Origin: Eledone cirrhosa
Lineage: Eukaryota
Length of the DNA: 64,000 bases
NCBI GenBank assembly: GCA_964016885.1
Contig: OZ024740.1
Location: 303,862,001-303,926,000, forward strand
Reading direction: 5' to 3'
The notes below the pieces were generated by a model, which was given only the letters and a program-made list of their open reading frames with translations, was not told the DNA's origin and did no database searches. Each line of letters begins with the position of its first letter. Position 1 is the stretch's first letter. Made by a program: the position numbers and the translations under genes. Below, piece after piece: positions 1-13,100 of the stretch.

Positions 1-865
1 GTCAGCATTGGATCTAGAACTTCACTTCCTATGATTAGTGCTTGTGTGATGACTGCAGTTCAAAAAGCCTTACTTAAAGCTAACACTTTTCTGATGGAAC
101 CTCTTATGAATGTTCAGGTAATAACAATTTCTTAAATAAGCACAAGGCCATCAGGTGTTTGTAAAATCAACCTTAACATGCCACATGTGTATATTTATAT
201 ATAACTCTGTGTGTAACTCTTGAAAATTTATACACAAACATACATGCATACAATGCATTTCCTATATCAGTCATGTTGCTACAATAAGTTCACTTTCTAC
301 TTGTAAGATCCTGGGTTCTGACCCTAAATTTGTTCCTGTAAATAGTTATGTCTCCAAAGTTACTCATCATATATTTAATCCTGTATATCATTTGTACAAT
401 GTTTTATGATTGGATGTTCTACTTGACACCAGCCCTTTTAGTGACTTCATATGATACACAGGAATACAGCATGCCTATTCTAAACTGAAAGCACACATCT
501 TTATCTTATAAAATAATTTTCTTTATCTTGTCAGCCATAAATAGTTTTTCCCTTTCTAATGTGAATTTATATAAATGATGTTTTAATTCTTTCAGATAAG
601 TTGTGAAGAATCTTATTTGAATGGTGTTCTTGGTGACTTAACCAAACGGCGCAGTCAAATCCTTTCAATTCAACAACAGCAGGGCTTACAGATTATTTCT
701 GCCCTAACACCAGTTTCAGAAATGGTTGGATATTCTACAACTCTAAGAACTATAACATCTGGAATGGCATCTTTCTCTATGGAACTTTCTCACTATGAAT
801 CTTTAACAGCTGAGGAACAGGCTGAAGTTATAGAACAGATTTCAGGTTTCTCTCAAAAATACTGA
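1..865 (+). CDS. GFM2: Mitochondrial ribosome-releasing factor 2 (EF-G2mt), last two exons (partial)
   Basis: Exons <1-117 (VSIGSRTSLPMISACVMTAVQKALLKANTFLMEPLMNVQ|gtaata) and 596-865 (tttcag|ISCEESYLNGVLGDLTKRRSQI...PVSEMVGYSTTLRTITSGMASFSMELSHY...*). EF-G domain IV/V motifs with EF-G2mt-like wording; AATAAA at 948-953. Confidence 0.9.
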
Positions 866-1159
866 TATATTTGGATAAATGAAATATTGCTTTTTATAGA
901 CTAACTTATCAATTGTTCAAATATTGTGTAAATTAAAAATTGTAATGAATAAATTATTTTTAAAGATAAACAATTCTTTTATCATTTAATTCGTTTTTTT
1001 TTAAATATTTATTTCAGTCATTCCAAACTAAGATATCATTATCGCCATCATCATTACATCCGCTTTTTGATGCAGCCGCTTGGACGATAAAAGAAAAAAC
1101 AATTTTATATAACATTTCGTCGTAGTTTTTTTTTTATTTTATTTTATATCAATTAGCAG

Positions 1160-1500
1160 GCCGTGACCGGGGAGATGGCAAGCGTCCCAATGGAATCACC
1201 CATTCGAAGGAGGTAAATCCCTCATCTGGGATGCCGCCTGATGCGACACGTTCTTAGTCGCTTCAACCACAAACCCCGGTACCGCAGCCCGCCTAACAGA
1301 GGAACGGAAAATAAACAAATACCGAGGACTGTCCGGCCGCTTCCTCTTCGCACCTATCGCCGTCGAGACCTCAGGCGTAGTTGGACCACGTACAGTCGAG
1401 CTCCTCCGCAAGATCAGAACGTTGGCAACCCAAAAGGTGGGGTGGCTGTTGTTGCGGGTGTCACTGGCCATTGTCCGCGGGAATGCTTTTGCGCCATAGG
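1160..1500 (+). mobile_element. Decayed C-terminal restriction-like endonuclease region of a CRE-like non-LTR retrotransposon
   Basis: Reads GDGKRP(N)GIT /frameshift/ PFEGGKSLIWDAA*CDTF...EERKINKYRGLSGRFLFAPIAVETSGVVGP...RVSLAIVRGNA, matching the RPDG...WD...E..K..KY...VET.G..G...S.AI.RGNA pattern; GC-rich island. Confidence 0.75.
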
Positions 1501-1721
1501 CCCAGAACCAAATAATCCTCCCCCTCTTCATTCTTCTGTGACACTAGAGTTCTTGCCATTCCCTCCCTTCCCGTTTTGTTTTTGTTTTTCTATTTTCTCT
1601 AAATTTTCCCATCTTACATTCCATTTTTCTCAATCTAAATTTTCTTTTTTTTTTGCTTTTCCTATTTACATATATTCCATAAATAAAATATTATTATTTG
1701 AAAATTATTTCCCTTTAATGT

Positions 1722-1790
1722 GGTCACGTGTTATTATGGGATGGATTCATATATAAAGCAAATATTTCCTTCTTCCCTCCCTTTTATGTT
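1722..1790 (+). promoter_or_regulatory. Probable RPS29 core promoter: E-box, TATA-like element, polypyrimidine (TCT/TOP) initiator
   Basis: GTCACGTG ~1723, TATATAAAG ~1750, pyrimidine tract 1765-1785 about 55 nt upstream of the ATG at 1840. Confidence 0.5.
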
Positions 1791-1839
1791 GAATACTCGC
1801 TTCTGATTAAGTTCGTGTATATCTCAGAAAACTTTGGAA

Positions 1840-3409
1840 ATGGGTCATACAAACCTTTGGTTCTCACATCCTAGACGATTTGGGCCAGGATCACGACAAT
1901 GGTAAGACTTTTTTCTGTTGTGTATATATTATACACACACACATACATTACACAATCGTATTAGACAAAACGTACAATTCCTTACTCCAAATCGCACATG
2001 TGTTTCGTCGAGACACGTGTTTGGACAGCTTTTGCTGCCATTGATAAAATTTAAATATTAAATAATTTAATATTTATTTTGTATTACGTATTCTAAAAAG
2101 GAAACGATAATCATTCTAAACTAAATTATTGGAAATTAATACAGTAAGTCTATCGTCAATGATTCTATTTCCCTACTTAGTCAAGGTGGACGCCATGTTG
2201 TATTACAATTGATGTATCCTTTATATTCACTACTTTAATTATAACTCATTTTAGCAATATTTATTTTCAAGTAAAATTGTTCTTCTCTCACTATTTTGAT
2301 ATCTAGCTTGTGGAAAAGATTTTTTTTTTAATTATTGGAATTATGAATCCAGAGAAAATGACGAAATAGCAAGTTTGAAATATAAAGTATAAAGCAATAG
2401 CTTAAATATGTGTAGCATTTCTCTAACTGGCGTTATTAAATGATGTACGTGTTGCCAACGGTGATTCAGTATGCCTATATGATCAAAAACGTTCCAACCA
2501 TGATTATTACATTCTTAGTACATCTATGAATGTAGAAGCAAGAGTCGGGATAATTTTGCTGCTATTTCTAGCAGGTCGAGTGGCGGCCAATTTGATTGTG
2601 TCCATGTGTTGTGGTGAGCTCTATCTATCTAGGGCGAGTAAAATTCCCGAGATGAGCACTATGTTACCTTCATATTCCGTCTTTTACTTTTCAAATCAAA
2701 ATCCCATCTGTTTTAAGAGACAATCTTTAACCAAATGAAGATGGTTTTCGACTTCGTTGCTGGTCATGAATTAAGTTGCCTGCTACAACGCCTAAATTAT
2801 ACTATTATTGTGTGTAAAAGAAGAAATATATTTATTTTACATTCTCCGGTCACAGCTGGAGCGCCTTTGGCCATTGGTCTATTCTGTTGCTAATTAACAA
2901 GAAGTATGGCATGATCTTATCTTAGTGATCCATTAAAGGAAAGTGAAATTTCCAAGCGGTAAATTGGAACGTTGAAACGGAATTAAGTTTTTGTGTGTAA
3001 TTGTACTTAAAAGAAAAAAGGAGAATCTATTTAATATAACTGAATCTGTATTAACATTTCGTTTTCCGTTTCACTGCTAGTGTGTATGTATGTATATATA
3101 TATATACACACAACACATTTTCAAAATCCTTTCTTTACACTTGAATGTATGTAAACATAGTTAGTTATTACTAAAATCATTTTATTGGTCTTTTTCCTCC
3201 CATCAGTCGAGTCTGTGCCAACACACACGGTGTCATCAGGAAATACAGTCTCTTTATGTGCCGAAGATGTTTTAGAGAATATTCCAATGATATTGGATTT
3301 AAGAAGGTATTAAAATGTTTTTTTGTATTCTATTAGATGTTATTTTGATAACTCCGTGAGTTTTTTTTAAAATAACTTGGCTTTCATTTTCTTTTTTCAG
3401 CTTGACTAA
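1840..3409 (+). CDS. RPS29: 40S ribosomal protein S29 (uS14), complete, 56 aa
   Basis: Exons 1840-1901, 3207-3306, 3401-3409 give [56 protein letters not shown], with the CxxC...CxxC zinc motif; AATAAA at 3469. Missed by the ORF track. Confidence 0.97.
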
Positions 3410-4029
3410 TTGGTTAACACGAAAATGTCCAGTGCTGTTAAGAAACCTTTAACTATGGTTAAATAGTGAATAAATCATTTTAATATGTATACTTGTTTTG
3501 TATTTTTAAAATAATTATAGCATTTTTTCCTCAACTGCAGTTAAGGAAGGCTGCGAATGTTTTCATTGTTGGTGCATTAAGTTCTAGATTCTGTACGGTA
3601 GTTTTGATCCAGCTAATGTTGAGGATCAGTGCATTTTGAAATTTATTTACTTAAATGTTTTTATTAGCATAAAGTGTATTTCGTAATTATTTTAATGAAC
3701 ATTTTTTTCTTTTGCCATATTGAATCCGAAACTAACGCACCATTAACGAGAAAATATCAAAGACTAAAGGATCTTGACTAGTGTTATTTTAGCACTAACG
3801 AACAAATTCAAAACCAGTTTGCTATTGTTATACATCGAAATGATTCTGAATTAATACGTAAAACAGAAAGGATGGACTGTACTTAAGTATATATTTTTGA
3901 ATAGTTTCAAACATGTTAGTAAAATAGAAAACACCTAAAATGTATGGCAGTTCATCATTTTCCAGATTTCTTGTGTTGGTATGGAGTGGAAACTAATAGA
4001 TATATCCCAGAGTAGACATCTCTGAAAGC

Positions 4030-5145
4030 CATCTAGGAGGGCAGTAAATCCTATTAAAAACGACTGCATAGTGAAGGCAACCCGTGTAGGAGAGTAGGCA
4101 CTTCAAATAGGATATAGGGTGGAGAGGACTCTAGTACTGGTGGCACAAATGTACCCAGTCTACATTGTAAAATGATTAGTGATAGGAAGGGCGTCTAGCC
4201 AGAAGAAGTAAATCAAGTGATATTGTGGAGCTGTTAGAGAGAAGAAAAGTAGATGTATGCTGTATACAAGTGATGACATTAAGAATGCCTCAGAGGAACT
4301 ACTCACAGGCAAACAGAGATATAAACTTAGCTGGGTTGGAATTGACGATGGTGTGGGTATCTTACTAGCTGAGAAATGGATAAGGTGATAGAGATAGTTA
4401 GAGTAGCTGTAGGAAATAGAATGGTGACAATTACATCTACCTATGCACCACAGGCAGGACTGAGTAAAATACAAAAGGACAGGTGCTATACAGACAACCT
4501 CAAATACTGGTGAAAGACATCTCATCAATCAATACCTGAGTAGGAAGGATAGAACTCAGAGAAGTGGTCCTGCTCAATATGTAGAAAAGGAGTAGGCATA
4601 AGCGCTGTGCAGAATGTAAATCTTGGGTGTACAAGAGATGTAGTGAGATAATAGGTAGACAAACAGGAAGGGAAGACTTTGTATGTAGATGAACAAGGGT
4701 AATCAACAGGAATAGCATCAGTGGTATAAACATAATCCACTCACAGGAGAGATCCATAGAAGTGTTTGATAGCTTCTGCTATTAAGGTAACCTAATTAGC
4801 AGCAGAAGAGTGCTCCAAGAAAATAATAGCTAGATAAGGATAGGATGGAAAATGGAGAATCATTTCCACTGTTTCTCGCTATGTATGAAAGGACACCTGT
4901 GTGCAAAGTGTGATACTGCATGGTTGTGAAACATGAGCTGTGACTGGAGAGAAATAAAGCAACCATGCTTCATTGGATGAATTGAGAGAGAAGATGGTAT
5001 GTACATGGATGATGATCACAGTGGGAGGTAGACCAAGAAAGACCTTGGCAGAGATGGTGAGAGCTGATCTGAAGTTGCTGAGGCAATGGAGAGATGTGCT
5101 GCTGAAAAGGTCCTGTCCAACCCATGCAAGCATGGAAAAACGAAA
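4030..5145 (+). mobile_element. Heavily decayed, internally deleted RTE-clade LINE
   Basis: Remnants of AP endonuclease (YKLSWVGIDDGVGILLAEKWI, TYAPQAG) and C-terminus (VILHGCET*AVT, GGRPRKTLAEMVRADLK), collinear with the 47.7-50.9 kb element. An inverted fragment follows at ~5170-5470. Confidence 0.75.
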
Positions 5146-5715
5146 GCATTCATATAGTCATTTGTCAGATTCTGCTTTTTACTGTCAGTTGACATTACCT
5201 CATCCTAAGTCTTTCATGGGTTCCACCCACTGAAATTTCTTTATACAGCTGTCATATATACACATCATGTCTGTACCAAAGCAATCTCTCTCTATCATTC
5301 TACATTACATTCCTCTTATGTAAATTTTTTCTCTCAGCTCTTTTACACTGATGTTAATGCACACTTAACATTTCACATCCACCAGAGCATACTTCATTTC
5401 TGCAGTGAAGGCCCATATAGCATTGCAGTTTGCACACAAACATCATACAATCTACAATTCACTCTAGCTTCCATAGGAAACCCTGTTGATGGCGTTCTCC
5501 AAATCAACAGTAGCTGATCTTAGCTAAGTACTTCTGTGGTTGTCTTGACTCCAACAAAGCATTAGTAATGCTCCTATTTGACAAAAACTATCTCATCTAG
5601 CTATAACCCTTTCATGAACTGGGTCCATCAACTTGATGCCTCTATAATTTCCTCTCTCATGCATCCTCTTTGCCCTTGTAGCAGTTTACAACAATAGTAC
5701 TTCAATCATTGATTA

Positions 5716-7128
5716 CACCATGTAACATTTTTTGTTCCCTGGTTCTAAATGTAATTTCCTGGTGTTATATCCCATTATTATTAAAAAAAACTATTTAATC
5801 AGAAGTTTGGGTTTGTGGTCAGGAGTTATTTCGAAATTTTCATATTTTTCAAGAAAAAACATTTTTTTTTTTATTTATCAGTTCATATAATTAAATCAAG
5901 AGTATATATTTATTTTATTACACAAGCTTATCAAAAGCAAACAAATAACACTTATACACGTCAGAAATGACTGGATTTGCGGTTGTAGTCCAGATCGCAT
6001 TCTTGCACTAGCCAGCCCCCAGATATAGTTCCCCATGATTTTTTCATTGTAGTGGCCCTGGTACCTCCGCTCTATCTCTTTCACATCTTGGTGGAATCGT
6101 TCTGAGTAGGCGCCCATATTGTCCTTGAATTTTTCCAGGTGAGCGTCCACCATATGGAGTTTAAGCGACATCCTGCATCCCATGGTGCCAAAAGCCTTTA
6201 TCAGATCCTGCACCAGTTGCTGTAGTTGCCCAGGAAACCCTTCCATGTCGTTCTCTCAATCCTATTGAGCTTATTGGAGAACTCGGTAGACTCAAACACC
6301 TTCATCTGAGGTCCAACAAAAATTCCACCTTTGATTATGGCCTCAGATAATTTGGGGGAAGAACTCAAGACGGTACTTAAAAGCGGCTGATTCTTGGTTG
6401 AGAGCCTTCACAAACTGCTTCATCAACCCCAACTTAATGTGCAGTGGCTCCCACATGAAGTTCCGGGTCCCAACTACAAATTCTGTTCGCTGCTCCCAGT
6501 TCTTTCTTTTGTAGTGGGCAGAGGAAGCATTGGAATTTGATAAAGCCTCCTTGGAATCCAAGCAGGAAAGCCACCATCTTGAAGTCTCCAATGATTTCCC
6601 AATTGTACTGATTGTATTGCAGAGCTTCCACACTAGTAATCTTCCTTCAGGCAGACTGAATGAGCTAGGGCAGTGTTGGGAACTTGTTTCCATTGTGGAG
6701 GAGGACAGCCTTCAAACTTGTGGAGCTGTCTATAAATAGCCGCCACTCCTTGGGCACAAACAGTCCAGGCACGTCATGGCAGAAGCAATTCATAAGAGTG
6801 TAAAAGCCTGAGAAAGGTTTGTCGACTTCTGACTTGTCACCTGCACTTCCTCCTTGACCAAGTTCCACTGCTTCATCCTGGAGACGAATGCCTAAAACAC
6901 AACTTACCCTTTATTCAGGGTGCGAAAATCCAGTATCAATAAATCTCTTTAATCCATTTTTAACAATTTTATACTTTATTGCACTTTTATAATGTTAATT
7001 TAACCTAAAACATTAAAAAATCATTTAACATAAGCAAATTAAACCTACATACAACGTAAAATCCAGCATACAAATAATTCTAGTGAATAGCTTAGAATTT
7101 TTACAAACCCAAACTTTTAACTGTTTAA

Positions 7129-7163
<35 letters not shown>

Positions 7164-7234
7164 AGACCTAAGCAACACAAAAAAAAAGTGATTACAAGCC
7201 AGGAACAGAGAAAAAAAAATTTTGTTACATGGTG
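5716..7234 (-). mobile_element. Chapaev3-like (CMC superfamily) DNA transposon with disrupted transposase
   Basis: TIRs CACCATGTAACA...TGTTACATGGTG flanked by a 3-bp TTA duplication (5713-5715 / 7235-7237). Frameshifted motifs WRLFIDSS..SLKAVLLHNGN, GDFKMV..LLG.QGGF.KF.CFLC, PLHIKLGLMKQFVKAL, MSLKLH...SERFHQDVKEIERRYQG. Family assignment from recall. Confidence 0.85.
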
Positions 7235-8545
7235 TTATGACATCCTGTATTACTTGATTAACTGCATCTGACTAGCTCATAACATACCATGCTGATGTTT
7301 TTAGCATCTTGGCAACTATGAAACCTGTAATTGTTATTTATTCTCTTTCAGCAGTCTCTTGTAAGTCTTCTATGCATCAGAGCAAATGCTCCACTATCAT
7401 TTCAGTTTTTCCCAACCACATCACAATTTCCTCTAGTAATCTCGCAATCCACAACACTTCACGGTGTAGAATATGTGAAAAACTTCTTTTCTACCGCTCT
7501 TCTAGATATCTGGTGTTGCTGTTTTCTCTCTTCCCTCCTAGCTTGTCTTTTTGTTTTCATTGTTCTATATACATTATCATTCTACCACTATATCACCCTC
7601 TGTCTTAATCCATCTAGAGAACTGGTTTGTGGCTTCCAGCAGGTTGTCCTAGAAATAGAAATTCCCAACTTTGTACATAGTGAACAGCAATATCAGCTGA
7701 TCGTTCTCTATATTATTTAACTTAAATTGTCCAGTATTAGCCAAACCTGTTTTGGAAAAGTAAATCCATGCAAATCAGTTGATTTTCATGTAGACATTTG
7801 ACTGTCCATCACAGAATTTCAGTGGGCCTTAGAAATGTTTTTAGCAGTGCCAATCTGCTCTTCAAGTATCCAGTCCCTGACTAAGTTTTTAATAAGCCAG
7901 CAATTACTAGGATGTGGCTGGAATATACCAAAGACTCATGTTTATTTATTCATCCCTAAGGATGCCACAGCCAGACATCACAGTATTCTATATACTTGAT
8001 CAACCTGTTTTGAAATGGTTCTTTAAATCTTGTTAAGTTGTTGGAAAAGATGTATAAGGTATGTAGTAGTGCCTGACTGAATTGCCTTTTGGTGTCCATG
8101 TTTAGAACCAGGCTGGACAAGGGTTTCTTTAAAGTTAGCCTGGCTCATTGAGGGCTTGGATGCATGCCTTATGGCACACACACATTAAAGGTTAACATAA
8201 GTTAAAAGTTAACGTCCGGTACCATATCAAACTGCTGCTAAGTACAAAACAGCAGTAAAACTATTTCATATTAAAAATTGAAATCATTACTCTGATAGGG
8301 CATGTTTACACAATCTGTTCATTAGCAAAGACTTAACAATTTTTTTTAAAAAGATATTTTTTAGTACAGAATGTTAAAAGTCTGTGAGATAAATTGATCA
8401 ACCCACAGGGATATGCAGTTTCAGTGCCAGGAGATAGAACTAACACTCAGTAATAGACAATACCATCAAATGATCTTTGTTTGAACATAGGAGTCCAATG
8501 GACTGTACTGTATCTATTTTTAAAGTCTATATAAAATAATACTAA

Positions 8546-8741
8546 CCCTTTAGCATTTAAACCAGCCAAAATTCCTGCACTTCTTTCTGTTCAAACTGGC
8601 TGTAACTGGCCACTCATACTGATGTTAAGGTATTGTTCTCAAAATAATAAATATCAAAATCTCAGATTCAATATTATGTGAGATAAAGCCTTTACCACAA
8701 TAATACAATAGTATACATAGAGTAATGTAAATGCTAAAGGT
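8546..8741. mobile_element. piggyBac-type MITE (~200 bp); other copies at 13390-13610, 38250-38446, 41597-41797, 62182-62388
   Basis: CCCTTTAGCATT...AATGCTAAAGGG termini with TTAA target sites; shared internal sequence across five copies. Confidence 0.8.
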
Positions 8742-8982
8742 TTAATTAACTACTCAATATAACTAGGTAAATATTATTGCTCTACAAGGGTTGAAAGTTA
8801 AGTTCAACAATAGCAGATTCTAAACTAAAAAACATGAAAAAGTCAATTTTGATAAACACTACTGATTCCGCCATCTACTAATGAACACTTACTTGGATAA
8901 CAGCTAAATTAATTGCATTTGTTTTCTAAATATAGGTTTGTGTTGAGATCTGTGATATCTATTGTATGTCATAATCTAGACA

Positions 8983-9128
8983 CAGACATAGGCAACCTTT
9001 TTCGAGCAGTTAGCCACATAGGATGTGGCTCATCATAAGGCAAGCCACACTACTAAAATGTTTAAGGCAATTTTGAAATTAAACATACCATTCAGAAAGC
9101 CAAACGTGCCACAGTTTGCCCATGACTG
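8983..9128. mobile_element. hAT (Charlie/MER5-like) MITE; related MITEs at 23690-23828, 30551-30842, 41153-41315, 54488-55590
   Basis: Short imperfect TIRs of the CAG.....CAA(A)C / GTTTG.....CTG type; 23690 copy has an imperfect 8-bp TSD (ccttatag/ccataaag). Confidence 0.55.
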
Positions 9129-9539
9129 ATCTAAGATGACATGTTTCAATATTGCAGCAAAAGTTTCTTTTTTAAATACAGAAAAACTTTGAATAAGTAA
9201 CAAACATAAACATTCAAACAAAATTTTAAATGAATTTTATTGAAGAAACCATATTTTTATTTCAGTTAAAATGCATCATATTCTCCAAGCAGAAAATGAT
9301 TTATCACATAATATTTTCAAAAAAGGATGACTATTCAATTTTCACATTTACCTGCAAAGTTAGAAATGAATCTTTATTAAAGGCAGTGTTATCACAAATA
9401 CATTTACATACATGGCAACAAATATCAATCCTTCAGAGTAGCTCACCAGCCTACAAATCTCTTCCCAAATCCTTCATACCCCAACTTCTTGCTGCCTTAA
9501 TTAAACATCTCCCAAAATTCCTATTGGAACCTTTTTCTT

Positions 9540-9900
9540 TTCCAATCTTCATCTTGCTCTATTAATCAAAGAATTGGATGGCTCTGTTGCCATTCCATAT
9601 ATCTCTTTCACCTTTTCTTAATTCTATCCAAATCTACAATTTATCCCAGTTCACCCCTGTCACATTACATCTCTCTTGCTAACTGCTTTGCAATGCTAAA
9701 TAACTCTCTTTGACCCTGCTCTGAATTCATGTTTTCTAATGTGCCACCTGTAATTTTGCCACTTCTTTCTTTGTTTCTTTGCAGCCCTCTTGGTTGCTTT
9801 GTTTATCTTCCTTTTCTAATCAATCCTATTTACAACGTCAACATCCTTCCCCCATATTTCCAAAAATTTTGGTGGTCTTTTGTCTATCCAGGGTATTTCA
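9540..9900 (-). mobile_element. Ancient RTE LINE remnant (region between endonuclease and RT)
   Basis: Minus strand gives degraded KATKRAAKK...EQGQRELFSIAKQLARE...DLDRIKKR, resembling RTE linker regions. Confidence 0.5.
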
Positions 9901-10164
9901 GATTGTGTCATTCCCATGTCATTATATTCATCATCGTATCCTTTTTGAGATAATGTTTTATGGCTGCACGCCTTTCCTGACATCAACTCTTTTAGTTCCT
10001 TCCTACGACATGTAGGGATATGGTGTACCTATTCTAAACCAGATAAACATCTATATTATAGCTATTGAGAGTACAAACCTACCAACAAACCAGCAATTAA
10101 TAATTTCAAACTTATCGTAGAATTGAACAAGAATCTGAGGATAAAAAATAAAAGCCAACAAAGT

Positions 10165-13100
10165 TTACCAGACATAAAACATGCTTCCAGTTTCATCATA
10201 ATCGTCATAATAGTTGTCATAATCTCCATCTTCATTTAAGGCTGCTAAGAAACTCTGAATTCCACTTTCTATTTCTGTTGAATCATACATATGTTCTGAA
10301 TCGATGTAGCTCCTCTTTCTTGATTTTGGTTGTGGAACTTTGTGAGCTAACAATAATAAAAGTCAAAAAGGTACCTTAATATATATATATATTATATTAT
10401 TTATGTTCATACATGGAACAAAAGCGCTACCGAAACTTTCAAGACCCAATATTGACCATATCTCCAGAAATGTTAGAGGGATCAAATTGTGACCTATCAC
10501 CTACGGATATTGCTACACACACACACATATATATACATATATCATCATCATTTAACGTCTATTTTCCAGGCTAGCATAAGTTAAACATGTTGTCCCATTT
10601 GAGGCAAGTCGGGTCATATATATATATATATATATAAAGACACAACAAAAAGCATGAGCCAAGCCAGATCAGATAACCATATCTTACTCATAAAGAACTG
10701 GTTCTGGCTTGGTTTCTATGTCTGGATGCTCTTCCTAACGACAACCACATTTACAATGTGGACTGGGTGCTTTTTGTCATGGCACCAAAACAACTACTTT
10801 ACAGTGTGAGCAGGGTGCTTTTGGTCATGACACCTACACGACCACTTTATAGTATTAGCTGGGTACTTTTTATCGTGGCACCAACACAACCACTTAAGGA
10901 AAAAATGAAATGCTCGTGGAAGGTTAGAGAGGCTTTAAATTTATGGAGTAATTCAGGAAACAATCCAAACAGTGTTTAGTACAACTTTGCTTAAGATTCA
11001 AAAGTCCATGGATTGCTCAGAGTGATTAAGACATGTAGTTAGTAGATTCTGTTACTTAGGTGATAAAATTAGTGCTAGGGTAAGAAAGTGGTAGAATTAT
11101 TATAACTCATCATCATCATTGTTTAACATCTATCTTCGATGCTAGCATGGGTTAGACAAACTAGAGTAAGAAAGTGGTGGAATTGTTATAGCTAGAATAA
11201 GAAAGTGGTAGAATTGTTATAGCTAGAGTAAGAAAGTGGTAGAATTATTATAACTAGAGTAAGAAAGTGGTAGAATTATTATAACTAGAGTAAGAAAGTG
11301 GTAGAATAATTATAGCTAGGGTAAGAAAGTGGTAGAATTGTTATAGCTAGAGTAAGAAAGTGGTAGAATTATTATAACTAGAGTGAGAAAGTGGTAGAAT
11401 AATTATAGCTAGGGTAAGAAAGTGGTAGAATTATTATAACTAGAGTGAGAAAGTGGTAGAATTATTATAACTAAAGTGAGAAAGTGGTAGAATAATTATA
11501 GCTAGGGTAAGAAAGTGGTAGAATAATTATAGCTAGGGTAAGAAAGTGGTGGAATAATTATAGCTAGGGTAAGAAAGTGGTAGAATAATTATAGCTAGGG
11601 TAAGAAAGTGGTAGAATAATTATAGCTAGGGTAAGAAAGTGGTGGAATAATTATAGCTAGGGTAAGAAAGTGGTGGAATAATTATAGCTAGGGTAAGAAA
11701 GTGGTAGAATAATTATAGCTAGGGTAAGAAAGTGGTGGAATAATTATAGCTAGGGTAAGAAAGTGGTGGAATAATTATAGCTAGGGTAAGAAAGTGGTGG
11801 AATAATTATAGCTAGGGTAAGAAAGTGGTAGAATAATTATAGCTAGGGTAAGAAAGTGGTGGAAGAAGTTCAGGGTGCAGCTGACAAAGGGTTTTTCCAT
11901 GTAAAAGTGAGAAGTATGACAGTGAAACATTAAAAACAAAACTTGCAGAAGGTGTTAAGAAATGAATACATAAAGTGGTTGAATTTGGAAATATGCAGTT
12001 TCTTTCCTTAACATACCATTTCTTTCTTTAACAAGCTGAGCTCTCTTCTCTTTCATATCTGGACTGAAGAAAGTAACCACTTTATCAATATACGAGTCTA
12101 ACACGAGGGCCCGAGTCTGAGATGTAACAGCTGAACGACAAAATGGACAGTCATTTTTTTTGCTCAGCCACATTTGTATACAATAGGAACAGAAGGAATG
12201 TGAACAACTAAGGGTAGTAGCCTGAAACAGAATATAAAGAGACATTAATTTAATGAGTTAACATACTTTCAGTAATACATATCTCCTATCTATATGTTAA
12301 AGCAACATCCAGTCCAGAGACGATTTGAGATAGCTCAGTACAAATTGTTTTCCTTGTCCATTGTCTACTGTTGGGTCCCAAATAATGGGGTGTAATTTTT
12401 CTAGGTTGTCTCTGTTGACTTTCTTAAAAACCAGAATTAGTCGTTAGTTTACATATTTAAACCCCAACCCATCCTATTTTTTTTATAACACATGGGATTT
12501 CTTGTAATGTTCTTTTTTTGGCACATATAATGTTTTTTAATGTCTAAAGAAAATTAATTGTCACAAGAATGCTATCACTTAAAATAATATTTCGCCAGAG
12601 ATAAATTAGCAAAATTTAATAGGTGAAGGTGGGGTAATAACAGGAGGTGGAAAAAATCTGAAAAATTAATAAGCGTACGGGAGAGAGAGATTCGAGAGTA
12701 CATGTATTTGGGACAGTTGCAATGTCTTCATATTCTGGCATTAAAAAAAAATGTCTACCTTACAAGACTTCTCTACCTGCTTCAATGGAACTTCATTCAC
12801 ATGTAGAGTGCAATGCACAGGGTTCCTTGAGAGGACAAGTGTCTTAGTTTTCACAGCACTGATTTTCATTCCAGCCAAGCAACACCTGGCATCAAACCTA
12901 TTGAGTGCAAGTCGGAGATCACCTTCTGTCGAGTTAAGCAACAACAAACAACATGTCGTCAGCAAATTCCAGCCGACTGATTTTACACTCGCCAGTTATG
13001 GTACCACTTCCAACCCTGCTGCACATGTCAATCCTGTTCATGTAAATAATGAACAGGAGAGGTGAAAGTACGCATCCTTGAATGTTTTCGATTTAGCACG

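Noticed and set aside
1241-1756. 171-aa plus-strand ORF
   Set aside because: Off-frame reading of the CRE-like remnant running into T-rich low-complexity sequence.
11161-11862. CRISPR-like periodicity of the 31-bp array
   Set aside because: Units are contiguous with no unique spacers; eukaryotic intron, no cas genes.
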